From Candidatus Saccharimonadia bacterium (GTDB lineage: Bacteria; Patescibacteriota; Saccharimonadia; UBA4664; JBBRNT01), in NCBI GenBank assembly GCA_038230095.1, contig JBBRNT010000001.1, positions 112,848-176,847 of the forward strand: 64,000 nucleotides of DNA. Direction: 5' to 3'. A program made the position numbers and the translations under genes. The notes under the pieces are model-generated. The model worked only from the letters and a program-made list of their open reading frames with translations. It was not told the DNA's origin and searched no databases. Of this stretch, positions 16,984 to 25,505 are shown piece by piece. The stretch's first letter is position 1. The number at the start of each line of letters is the position of its first letter.

Positions 16984-17004
16984 CCACCCGGCAGGGTGGT
17001 TTTG
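16984..17004. terminator. terminator hairpin downstream of rpsT
   Basis: CCACCC-GGCA-GGGTGG flanked by A/T runs on both strands. Confidence 0.6.
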
Positions 17005-17019
17005 TATCCGTAGGATGGA

Positions 17020-17388
17020 CTACTTCTTGGTGGTTTTCTTGGCGGCTGGTTTCTTGGCAGCGGCTTTAGCCTTGGCCTGAGCTGGTGTAAGCTCCTTTTT
17101 CTTAGGCTTTTCAGCCTTAGGAACGGCACCGGCGGCTTTCTTGAGGCTGGCTACCAGGCGGCTCTTCTTGCGAGCAGCGGTGTTCTTGTGGAGCGTACCC
17201 TTCTTGACGGCGCGGTCAATCTCGGACACAGCAGCCCGCAGAGCTAGGTCGGCAGTCTTGGCGTCGCCGGTAGCGGCAGCCATAACAGCCTTGGTCTCGG
17301 ACTTGATGGCGGCCAAAACTTTCAGGTTGCGACTGCGTCGTACCTTGGTTTGCTTGGCTCGTTTGATGGCGGATTTGATGATTGGCAT
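17020..17388 (-). CDS. rpsT: 30S ribosomal protein S20 with Lys/Ala-rich C-terminal extension
   Basis: MPIIKSAIKRAKQTKVRRSRN... S20 core. It is followed by a roughly 40-aa KKAAGAVPKAEKPKKK...AAKKTTKK tail. Confidence 0.85.
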   Translation of the reverse strand: MPIIKSAIKRAKQTKVRRSRNLKVLAAIKSETKAVMAAATGDAKTADLALRAAVSEIDRAVKKGTLHKNTAARKKSRLVASLKKAAGAVPKAEKPKKKELTPAQAKAKAAAKKPAAKKTTKK

Positions 17389-17598
17389 AGGTTTGAATGT
17401 TTGAATTTAGACTACTGGACTATACCTGATCGTCTGGGCTTTGTAAAGTGTCTCGGGCGCGGTTCGTAGACCGATAGGGGATTATCGGGTACAGTGATCG
17501 AGTATATTGCACGTTCACAATCTGTTTCGGTACAGCTATGTGGCTAGGGGTGACCGCTAGGTAGTTGTACCGAACCATGTAGGGAAAGGGGTGCTGTC

Positions 17599-18444
17599 AT
17601 GGCGCTGCTCAATATTTCAGAAGTCGACCTAATCCAAGCCCTACGGGCGCGGGGTGGCATGTGGGCGCCGGACAAAGGCGAGTACTCAGTAGTGCCAGCG
17701 ATTGTTCGGGCGTTGAAGCCAGCTGATGCACGCCGAGTGATGCGCCTGCTCGTGAGTATGAGGGAGCGGCAGCTCATAGCCATCCCGCTTAGTCGTCGCC
17801 TGCCCAAAGGGGACGGACGATTGCCGCGGGCAGTTTCTAAGCGGGAGGATCCCGACCCAAGCGAGTGGGATGTAGAGTCGGTAACACTCCTGTATGCGGG
17901 GACCAAGATGTACACCCGCCATATGAGTGGCACAGTGCTGGGCCAGCCAGATGCTCTTCCCAAAGTGGCCAAGGAGCCGGAATTGTTTTCGAAAGGCGCT
18001 AAGCCACCGGGTGGAGGTAAGCCGCCCGCTCGGAGGGGCCGGTCGCCCAAGCTACCCGGTGCTGCTGCGCCACCGGCCCAGGAGCCTGCATCACCGCCGC
18101 CGCCTCCTACCGCTCGGCTCAGTAGCCAGCTTGCGCTCAGTGTTCCGCTGTCCGACCCCTATGAGCTGGTAGTGCTGGATCTGTTGCGGGTCCGACCCAT
18201 CAGCTTTGCCGATGATGCGGCAACAGCCGCCTTGCAGCTGCTGGAAACGGTAGGTCTGGAGCTACCAGATGATCGCCAGGTAGCACTCGCTGAGATGAGA
18301 GCTACCCTGAGCGAGCTGGAAGAGGCTGGCGAGATCCGGATTGATTGGCGTCCGAATCTAACCCAGCGCGGTCTGCACCTGCGCACAGCGGGCCGCCGTA
18401 GGCTTTATGCTCACGCGTCTAGGCCACCGGTGTCTGAGTCGTAG
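17599..18444 (+). CDS. hypothetical protein with central Pro-rich linker
   Basis: Strong G/C third-position bias in this frame. A terminator lies immediately downstream. No recognisable domain. Confidence 0.45.
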   Translation: MALLNISEVDLIQALRARGGMWAPDKGEYSVVPAIVRALKPADARRVMRLLVSMRERQLIAIPLSRRLPKGDGRLPRAVSKREDPDPSEWDVESVTLLYAGTKMYTRHMSGTVLGQPDALPKVAKEPELFSKGAKPPGGGKPPARRGRSPKLPGAAAPPAQEPASPPPPPTARLSSQLALSVPLSDPYELVVLDLLRVRPISFADDAATAALQLLETVGLELPDDRQVALAEMRATLSELEEAGEIRIDWRPNLTQRGLHLRTAGRRRLYAHASRPPVSES

Positions 18445-18449
18445 AAACT

Positions 18450-18482
18450 AGCCTGGATCCACAAGGATCCAGGCTTTATCTT
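18450..18482 (+). terminator. Rho-independent terminator
   Basis: AGCCTGGATCC-ACAA-GGATCCAGGCT then TTTATCTT. Confidence 0.65.
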
Positions 18483-18568
18483 ATGATTGTGCTTATGCTA
18501 AGCCGTAATCTTGACAAAAACGCAGTTTCCAGATATGATCACTAATCGTTTTGCGAGAGGTCAATACT

Positions 18569-19741
18569 ATGGAAACAGAACTCACTCCCAAACAACAAGC
18601 GTCCGAAGCCGTCCGCCAAGCGCGGACTATTCTGGTAGCTACGGGTGCACACCCATCGAACGATCAGGTGGCAGCTGTGATTGCGCTCACGTCTATCCTG
18701 CGCAAGTTCGACAAGAAGGTAACGGCAATTATTAGTGATCAGATCCCCCCAGCGCTGAGCTTCCTATCTGGAGAGACCCTAGACCGCAGCCTGAGCGGCC
18801 AGCGCGATTTTATTCTTAAGGTAGATCTGAAAAAGGCCGAAGTCGATAGCCTGAAGTACACCATAGAAGACGGCAAGCTGAATGTGCACATTACCCCGTT
18901 AAAGGGTGGTTTTGCCCCCAGCGACGTTACATTTGCCTACGGTGCGTACAAGTACGATTTGGCCATTGTGCTGGGTGTAGCCACTCGGGCACGTATGGAC
19001 CGCGTATTTACCGACAATCCACAAATAATGGCCGAAGTGCCCATTGTTAATTTTGATTTCCACCGCAGCAATGAGAACTACGGCGCTATCAACCTGATAG
19101 ATGGTAATGCCGCTAGCCTCTGCGAAATGCTGGTGGCCCTGTCTGAGTCACTACAAACTGGCCTCATTGATGAGCCCATAGCTACTGCCTTGCTGACCGG
19201 TATTATTGCCTCGACCGACCGCTTTACAGCTATTCACACAACCCCCAAGTCGCTGACAGTGGCCGCCCAAATGATGGCAGCCGGTGCTAAGCAGCAGCTG
19301 ATAGTCCAGAACCTATACCGCGGTGGTGGCCAGAAGGATGATCGTAAGGATGGTCGTGATCGAGGCCCACGTGATGGCGGTAATGGCGGCCGCCCAGAGC
19401 CAAAGCCAGTAGTGCCCACACCAAGCGCCCCTGAAGTAGTAGAGGAGGCGCCCGTGCTACCCCCTACCCCGGTAATGGTGCCATCGGAAACGCTGACTAT
19501 CCCTAGGGCACCCGAGGCTATACCAGAAACACCAGAATTATCGGAAGACGTGCCGGCCGTGGCTGCACCGAATGAGCTAGTGGCTGATCCAGCACCGTTC
19601 TTCCAGGGCGAGGGTAGTGTCCTGGCAACTCTGCCTGAAGTGCCGGTAGTGACGGCCCAGCCCATACTAGACCCATACCAGGACCCAGCTGTCTTGGCTT
19701 ATACGGCTGAAGTGCATAATACTGTGGGCATAAGCCTGTAG
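18569..19741 (+). CDS. DHH-family phosphoesterase-like protein (NrnA-like fold, degenerate catalytic motifs) with Pro-rich C-terminal tail
   Basis: Overall NrnA-like layout, but the DHH and PDGD motifs are replaced (HPSND, DFHRSNEN). About 100 aa of low-complexity P/E/V tail. ATG at 18569 follows GAGAGG. Confidence 0.7.
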   Translation: METELTPKQQASEAVRQARTILVATGAHPSNDQVAAVIALTSILRKFDKKVTAIISDQIPPALSFLSGETLDRSLSGQRDFILKVDLKKAEVDSLKYTIEDGKLNVHITPLKGGFAPSDVTFAYGAYKYDLAIVLGVATRARMDRVFTDNPQIMAEVPIVNFDFHRSNENYGAINLIDGNAASLCEMLVALSESLQTGLIDEPIATALLTGIIASTDRFTAIHTTPKSLTVAAQMMAAGAKQQLIVQNLYRGGGQKDDRKDGRDRGPRDGGNGGRPEPKPVVPTPSAPEVVEEAPVLPPTPVMVPSETLTIPRAPEAIPETPELSEDVPAVAAPNELVADPAPFFQGEGSVLATLPEVPVVTAQPILDPYQDPAVLAYTAEVHNTVGISL

Positions 19742-19824
19742 TTCTCGGTCGATACCGACGCCCTGCCCTACACTGGGTAGAGCGTCCGAATGGACGTGTG
19801 TACGCCGACAACCTGGAGGAAGAA

Positions 19825-20163
19825 ATGGCAACCTTTCGCGACCAATTTCATACCTGGAATTCCGCTCTGCGGCTGGGTAATGGCGAGGCGCCAACGACGA
19901 CCGAGCGTGTGGCCGGCTGGCGCAGGAGCTGGGTTGATACCCATGAGCTGTTGACAGAATGCAGACTGTCGCCGAAGCAGTGGGACCGCTGCCTGAGCTG
20001 GGAGACTCGGCTGAGTCACATCATCGCCGACTGGGAGCGCCGGCTCAAGCTGGAGCCGACTGGCCCGGCGCCCACAATCACGCCTCAGTATGGCTGGTCC
20101 ATGTCGCTGGACCTGTGGTTGCTGCGTCGGTATGTGACTCGCCTACACAGAACCAAGCATTGA
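19825..20163 (+). CDS. hypothetical protein (Trp/Arg-rich)
   Basis: ATG is preceded by GGAGGAAGAA. No known domain recognised. Confidence 0.35.
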   Translation: MATFRDQFHTWNSALRLGNGEAPTTTERVAGWRRSWVDTHELLTECRLSPKQWDRCLSWETRLSHIIADWERRLKLEPTGPAPTITPQYGWSMSLDLWLLRRYVTRLHRTKH

Positions 20164-20284
20164 CCTGGCGGCATCAGGCTAATACTGCTACCACTGTGGC
20201 AACAGCCAACATGCCTAAGGCCTACGCCCTCAGGATTACCTGGGGGCGTTTCATTTCTAGCGGCTCCAATGCTACACTCTGCCC

Positions 20285-20962
20285 ATGACTCACGCCTACA
20301 ACGGCCTGCTACTGGTCGACAAACCAGTAGGGCCATCTTCCTTCGATATTATTCGGCAACTGCGCCAGATCACTGGCTTTCGTAAGATTGGCCATGCTGG
20401 CACCCTGGACCCCCTGGCAAGTGGGCTCATGCTGATGCTATTTGGTCCAGCCTGTAAGAAGGCGGAGATGCTGACCAAGCTGGACAAGAGCTATGTGGCC
20501 CAGGTGGTACTGGGGGCAAACTCGACGACTGGGGATATGGAGGGTGAGAAGCTAGCCGTATCGGATAGGGAGCCAAGCGGGGAAGAGGTCCTAGCGGCGC
20601 TAGCGCAGCTACAGGGGGAAATAACACAAATTCCATCACAATATTCGGCAATTAAGATTAATGGCCAGGAGGCCTACAAGCTGGCACGAGCTGGGAAGAT
20701 CGTGGAAATGCCCAGTCGCCAGGTGACGGTAAGAACATTTAAGTTACTAGGCTTCCACCATACCCATCTGGAAATTGAGTGGAATGTGTCGTCTGGTACC
20801 TATATTCGCAACCTGGGAGAAGACCTGGGAGGGTTGCTGGGCACCGGTGCGCATCTGGCCGGTTTACGGCGTACGGTGGTAGGGGAGTATAGGCTAGAGC
20901 AGGCAATGGTGATTGCAGGGGCAGGAGCTGAGGATATTCAGCAGCATTTATTGACTATTTAG
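20285..20962 (+). CDS. truB: tRNA pseudouridine(55) synthase
   Basis: LLLVDKPVGPSSFDIIRQLRQITGFRKIGHAGTLDPLASGLMLMLFG contains the catalytic Asp motif. Confidence 0.92.
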   Translation: MTHAYNGLLLVDKPVGPSSFDIIRQLRQITGFRKIGHAGTLDPLASGLMLMLFGPACKKAEMLTKLDKSYVAQVVLGANSTTGDMEGEKLAVSDREPSGEEVLAALAQLQGEITQIPSQYSAIKINGQEAYKLARAGKIVEMPSRQVTVRTFKLLGFHHTHLEIEWNVSSGTYIRNLGEDLGGLLGTGAHLAGLRRTVVGEYRLEQAMVIAGAGAEDIQQHLLTI

Positions 20963-21055
20963 CCGTTTTATGCTAATATAGTCGTTATCGCTTCGCACTT
21001 GCGTCGTGAGCACCAGACGCTGACCCGAGAGGGCAGCTATCGAGAAAGACCATCC

Positions 21056-21445
21056 ATGACCCGATTCCTCACCTGCAGCAACAACCACACCATCGCCGTC
21101 ATCAGCGCGGCCGACCGGGAGCTGCTCCGGCAGCGCAACACGACCGAGAGCTTCATCGCTTCCGGGGGTGTGATCTTCACCTTCGTGAGCCCCGACATTT
21201 GGGAGCAGCTGGCGGTGTTCTCACACGGCATCCCCTTCCACACCGGCACCACCGAGGACATGGCGGTCCTACTCGCCGGCCATGAGGTCGACAGCGACTT
21301 CTTCCACGTCCCGTTCTCGAACTCGTTCGAGTACGACCCTGGCGAGAACGGTCAGCTGGAGCGGATGTACCGCACCACGCTCCGTCAGGCCATCGAGGGC
21401 TTCGGCCTGCGCCGCGACCTGCCTCTGGCTACCACTCGGGTCTGA
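21056..21445 (+). CDS. hypothetical protein in GC-rich cassette
   Basis: Markedly C-ending codons compared with neighbours. Followed by a GC hairpin repeat. Confidence 0.45.
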   Translation: MTRFLTCSNNHTIAVISAADRELLRQRNTTESFIASGGVIFTFVSPDIWEQLAVFSHGIPFHTGTTEDMAVLLAGHEVDSDFFHVPFSNSFEYDPGENGQLERMYRTTLRQAIEGFGLRRDLPLATTRV

Positions 21446-21461
21446 TCCCGTCCTCTCCATC

Positions 21462-21495
21462 TGTCGTTCCGGCCCCCTTCGGGGGCCGGGCGGCA
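21462..21495. repeat. GC-rich hairpin repeat copy 1 (CCGGCCCCC-TTCG-GGGGGCCGG core)
   Basis: Lies immediately after the stop of the upstream CDS. About 90 percent identical to the copy at 22043-22076. Confidence 0.7.
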
Positions 21496-21622
21496 AGCTA
21501 CCTTGTGATCTGATAAGAGACCAAACTCTAACCAGATCGCAAGAACTGGCCAACAGATTTATTATCTGCTGGAGCACTTCGACAATCCACCGGCCCGCTA
21601 TGGCCCCGTCTCTGAGGAGAAC

Positions 21623-22037
21623 CATGAATACTACTCGAACCCCGCAAGTTGGCGACTTGGTGGCTATCACGGGCGAACTGCCGAGCTTCGGCGTTGTTAC
21701 TCGATTTGATGGTGACCGGTTCTTCTTCAAGGACCCTGGTAGCAACCTCGATGTCGCCATGGCTCCGGCTCCCGATGAGCCCTACGTCGTGATCTCGGTC
21801 GACGAGGCCAAAAGCTTTCTCGAAAAGCTACTGGACGCCATTCTTACCGACACGGCCTACCTGGGCGAAGGCTTCGCCAACTGGATGCGAGAGCAGTTCA
21901 AGGTTGCGATTCCGGTGCGACCCGTGCTCGATGAGAAGTCCATGTCATACTTCATGACACTGGCTGTCGCGACCTGGCCGGGGGACAGTGTCCGCATGGC
22001 GCTCATGCTCTGGGCGCTGTTCGGCTGGCCAGTCTGA
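21623..22037 (+). CDS. hypothetical protein in GC-rich cassette
   Basis: ATG follows GAGGAGAACC. Same codon bias as the preceding small gene. Confidence 0.45.
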
Positions 22038-22042
22038 TCACC

Positions 22043-22076
22043 GTCGTTCCGGCCCCTTCGGGGGTCGGGACGGCAA
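22043..22076. repeat. GC-rich hairpin repeat copy 2
   Basis: GTCGTTCCGGCCCCTTCGGGGGTCGGGACGGCAA, directly after the stop of the upstream CDS. Confidence 0.7.
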
Positions 22077-22165
22077 TACCATCCTCATGCTTTGATCTAG
22101 TTTGCAAAACCTAGATGAGCGCGTGAGGGGAGAGAGGGTTGCCAACAGGAGGGTAATCTGCTAGC

Positions 22166-22444
22166 ATGTGTCCTGTAATGCTAAAAACTGAAGTCAAAAC
22201 TAAAGTAATCGGCTCGATGCAAACACACAAAAAGGACACTGGTTCGCCAGAGGTCCAGATTGGTATTTTCACAGAGCAGATCAAGCAGCTCACGTCTCAC
22301 TTGCAGACCCATAAGAAAGACGAGCATTCTCGCCGCGGCCTCCTGAAAATGGTTGGTAAGCGTCGTAGTTTGCTGGACTATCTGAACAAGAAAGATCACA
22401 AAAAATACCAAGAAGTGATCAAGAAGCTGGAACTCCGTCGCTAA
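22166..22444 (+). CDS. rpsO: 30S ribosomal protein S15
   Basis: S15 core ...[54 protein letters not shown] lies 8 nt before ATG 22166. Confidence 0.9.
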   Translation: MCPVMLKTEVKTKVIGSMQTHKKDTGSPEVQIGIFTEQIKQLTSHLQTHKKDEHSRRGLLKMVGKRRSLLDYLNKKDHKKYQEVIKKLELRR

Positions 22445-22647
22445 GACGTCCCGTTTCTGCCTGTTCAGCCCCACATTATGTCATCCAGATCGAAGCAGAG
22501 AGCTCCTTGGAGCCCTCGACTGCGCTCAGGATGGATCCTGGGAGAGTACCAATACGTTAATTATGGCGGCCCGTAAGTAGCAGAGTTTTGAGATTAACAC
22601 CATTAATCTTGTATCCCTGAGACCTACTCGCCCCAGAATAGGAGCAT

Positions 22648-24768
22648 ATGAATCAAGATATAATCAACCCTTTTGGCGCTAAGACGCTGAAGTTCTCGGC
22701 GCAGTTCTGCGGTCGCGAACTTACCATTGAAACCGGTAATATGGCTTTCCTGGCGGCAGGCGAAGTGACTGTGAGCTATGGTGACGCCGTAGTTCTCGGC
22801 ACGGCCGCAGTCTCAAACGCGCCTCGTCCCGGCATAGACTTCTTCCCCCTCATGGTCGACTACGAGGAGCGTATGTATGCCTCGGGTAAGATTAGCGGTA
22901 GCCGCTTCATGAAGCGTGAGGGTCGGGCCAGCGAGCACGGTACTCTGGCTTCGCGCCTGATCGACCGCCCCATCCGCCCACTGTTCCCCGCAGGCTACCG
23001 TAACGATGTCCAGGGTGTAGCCACCGTCTTATCCGTGGACCCAGACTTCGGCACCAACATCCTTGGTATTATTGCCGTATCTGCCGCCCTTAGCATTAGT
23101 GGTGCGCCATTTGAGGGCCCAGTAGCGGGCGTGAGTATTGGCCTGGTTGATGGCGAGCTGGTAGCTTACCCAACTACCGAGCAAATGAAGACCTCCGAGC
23201 TGGATCTGACTGTGGCTGGAACCAAGGACGCGATTATGATGGTCGAAGCCGGCGCCAACCAGGTGGACGAAGAGCTTATGGTAAAGGCTATTGAGCTGGC
23301 TCATCAGGCCTGGCAGCCAGTCATTAAGCTCCAGGAGGAGTTGGTGGCCGCCCTCAAGCCCCAGCTGAAGCCATTTGAGCTTATTGAAACCGACAAAGAG
23401 CTCATTAAGAAAATCCAGAAATTTGTAGACGGCAAGCTTATCCCAGTCCTGCGCCATGAGGACCACTACGTCCACATAAATCACCCAGCCTTCCGAGCGC
23501 TGAAGGATGAAGTAATTGCCGAGCTTGGTGAAGCGTATCCAGATACAGCGGCTTTGACGACGGCCTACTACGAAGTGATTGATATTGAAGTCCGCCGCGG
23601 CATTCTGGAAGACAATACTCGCCCAGACGGTCGCAAGCCCGATGAGATCCGTCCGCTATCGCACCAGGTAGGCATACTGCCACGGGTGCATGGCTCGGCG
23701 CTCTTCACGCGCGGCATTACCCAGGTGCTCAATACGACCACGCTGGCTTCGACTAGCTACGCCCAGCTGATTGATACCATGGAAGAGGACACTACCAAGC
23801 GCTATATGCACCACTACAACTTCCCACCCTACGCGACTGGCGAGGTGCGCCCCATGCGCTCACCGGGCCGCCGAGAGATTGGCCATGGTGCCTTGGCTGA
23901 GCGGGCCCTGCTTGCCGTGATTCCATCGGTTGAAGACTTCCCCTATACCATCCGAACTGTCAGCGAAGCTATTAGCTCAAATGGTTCAACTTCTATGGCC
24001 TCAGTCTGTGGCAGCACCATGTCGCTGATGGATGCGGGCGTACCTATTACCGCACCTGTTGCTGGTATTGCCATGGGGCTGGTCATGGGGGATGACGGTC
24101 ACTTTGTAGTGCTCAGCGACGTCGCTGGCGCCGAGGACCACGGTGGGGACATGGACTTCAAGGTGGCTGGTACCGCTACCGGTGTCACTGCCCTGCAAAT
24201 GGACATTAAGATTAAGGGTATTACCCCAGCCGTCATGCGCGAAGCGCTGGTGAAGGCCAAAGTGGGCCGGATCAAGATTCTAGATAGCATGCTGGCAGTT
24301 ATTGCCGAGCCGCGCCCAGAGATGAGCCCCTACGCTCCTCGTATCTACAAAATGCAGATCAACCCAGACAAGATTAAGATTGTTATTGGTAAGGGTGGCG
24401 ACACTATTAATAAGATTATTGCCGAAACCGGTGTGGAGATAGATATACAGGACTCTGGCCTGGTCATGATTGCCGCCAATGATGGTGAAAGCGCCAAGGC
24501 AGCTATTGAGTGGATCGAGAGCCTAACAGCCGAGGCTGTGGTGGGCAAGATCTATACCGGCCGCGTGGTGAAGATTATGGAATTCGGTGCCTTTGTGAAC
24601 ATTATGCCGGGTAAGGACGGTCTGGTGCACATCTCTCAACTAGCCGACAAGCGGGTAGAAAAGGTTGAAGACGTTGTTGAAGTTGGTGATACAATACAGG
24701 TAAAGCTTATGGAGATAGACGACAAAGGTCGCATGAACCTGAGCAAAAAGGCAGCCGACAACGCCTAG
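22648..24768 (+). CDS. pnp: polynucleotide phosphorylase
   Basis: Two RNase PH domains plus KH and S1 domains, with the classic rpsO-pnp linkage. Confidence 0.95.
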   Translation: MNQDIINPFGAKTLKFSAQFCGRELTIETGNMAFLAAGEVTVSYGDAVVLGTAAVSNAPRPGIDFFPLMVDYEERMYASGKISGSRFMKREGRASEHGTLASRLIDRPIRPLFPAGYRNDVQGVATVLSVDPDFGTNILGIIAVSAALSISGAPFEGPVAGVSIGLVDGELVAYPTTEQMKTSELDLTVAGTKDAIMMVEAGANQVDEELMVKAIELAHQAWQPVIKLQEELVAALKPQLKPFELIETDKELIKKIQKFVDGKLIPVLRHEDHYVHINHPAFRALKDEVIAELGEAYPDTAALTTAYYEVIDIEVRRGILEDNTRPDGRKPDEIRPLSHQVGILPRVHGSALFTRGITQVLNTTTLASTSYAQLIDTMEEDTTKRYMHHYNFPPYATGEVRPMRSPGRREIGHGALAERALLAVIPSVEDFPYTIRTVSEAISSNGSTSMASVCGSTMSLMDAGVPITAPVAGIAMGLVMGDDGHFVVLSDVAGAEDHGGDMDFKVAGTATGVTALQMDIKIKGITPAVMREALVKAKVGRIKILDSMLAVIAEPRPEMSPYAPRIYKMQINPDKIKIVIGKGGDTINKIIAETGVEIDIQDSGLVMIAANDGESAKAAIEWIESLTAEAVVGKIYTGRVVKIMEFGAFVNIMPGKDGLVHISQLADKRVEKVEDVVEVGDTIQVKLMEIDDKGRMNLSKKAADNA

Positions 24769-24859
24769 CCCTAGATAGTTCGACTGGCCCGGATACCATC
24801 TGGGCCGGATCGAGGGATCTAGTTCGCGGATTCCTGAACCGATGAGGGACAGAGAAGGT

Positions 24860-25444
24860 ATGACCACGGCCACGAGTAAGCAAAACCAGCTGGAGCAAAT
24901 CGCCAAGCGAATCGAAGCGGACAATCCATGTCCCGATTTGCGGGCGACCGCGACCCAGCTGGTCCCTGGTGATGGAGACTCGGATGCCCAGATAGTGCTC
25001 ATTGGCGAGGCCCCCGGGGCCAAGGAAGATGAGCAAGGCGTGCCATTTGTAGGCGCTGCCGGTAAGCTGCTGGACGAGATGCTAGCTACCATCCACCTAG
25101 CGCGCACCGACATTTACATTACCAATATTGTGAAATACCGACCGCCCAGTAACCGCGATCCGTTGCCAGAGGAGATAGCCGCATTTATGCCGTATCTCGA
25201 GGCGCAACTGGCTGTCATACAGCCAAAGCTAGTGGTATTTCTTGGGCGCCATTCCATGAGCGCGTTCTTGCCCGAGCTGAAGATAAGCGAAGTACACGGC
25301 CAGCCTAAGCGCCTAGGGGGCCAGGTCTACTTGCCGCTGTACCATCCGGCTGCCGCGCTCTACAACGGTGGCATGCGCCAAACCCTGTTCGACGACTTCG
25401 CCAAAATTCCGGCCATTCTTGACCTGATCGAAAGCCGAAAGTAG
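24860..25444 (+). CDS. uracil-DNA glycosylase superfamily protein (family 4-like)
   Basis: GEAPGAKEDEQGVPFVGAAGKLLDEML and a later HP...NIVKYRPP motif. Only one Cys is present, so there is no obvious 4Fe-4S ligand set. Confidence 0.75.
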   Translation: MTTATSKQNQLEQIAKRIEADNPCPDLRATATQLVPGDGDSDAQIVLIGEAPGAKEDEQGVPFVGAAGKLLDEMLATIHLARTDIYITNIVKYRPPSNRDPLPEEIAAFMPYLEAQLAVIQPKLVVFLGRHSMSAFLPELKISEVHGQPKRLGGQVYLPLYHPAAALYNGGMRQTLFDDFAKIPAILDLIESRK

Positions 25445-25505
25445 CTCTCAATCGCAATGCAATTATTTTCAAGTAACACGACCCAACCGGGTCAGAAAAG
25501 GACAT

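Noticed and set aside
17544-18050. 168-aa minus-strand ORF overlapping hypothetical gene 17599-18444
   Set aside because: The plus-strand frame shows the coherent G/C third-position pattern and is followed by a terminator. The minus ORF is Arg/Ser/Gly-rich.
21282-21622. Long 5' extension (251-aa version) of the second GC-rich cassette gene
   Set aside because: The extension overlaps the first cassette gene and its hairpin repeat. ATG 21623 has a proper GAGGAG RBS.
24786-24808. GGCCCGGAT-ACC-ATCTGGGCC hairpin after pnp as an intrinsic terminator
   Set aside because: No U-tract on either side. It could be an RNase III or structural element, but the evidence is too thin to call a feature.
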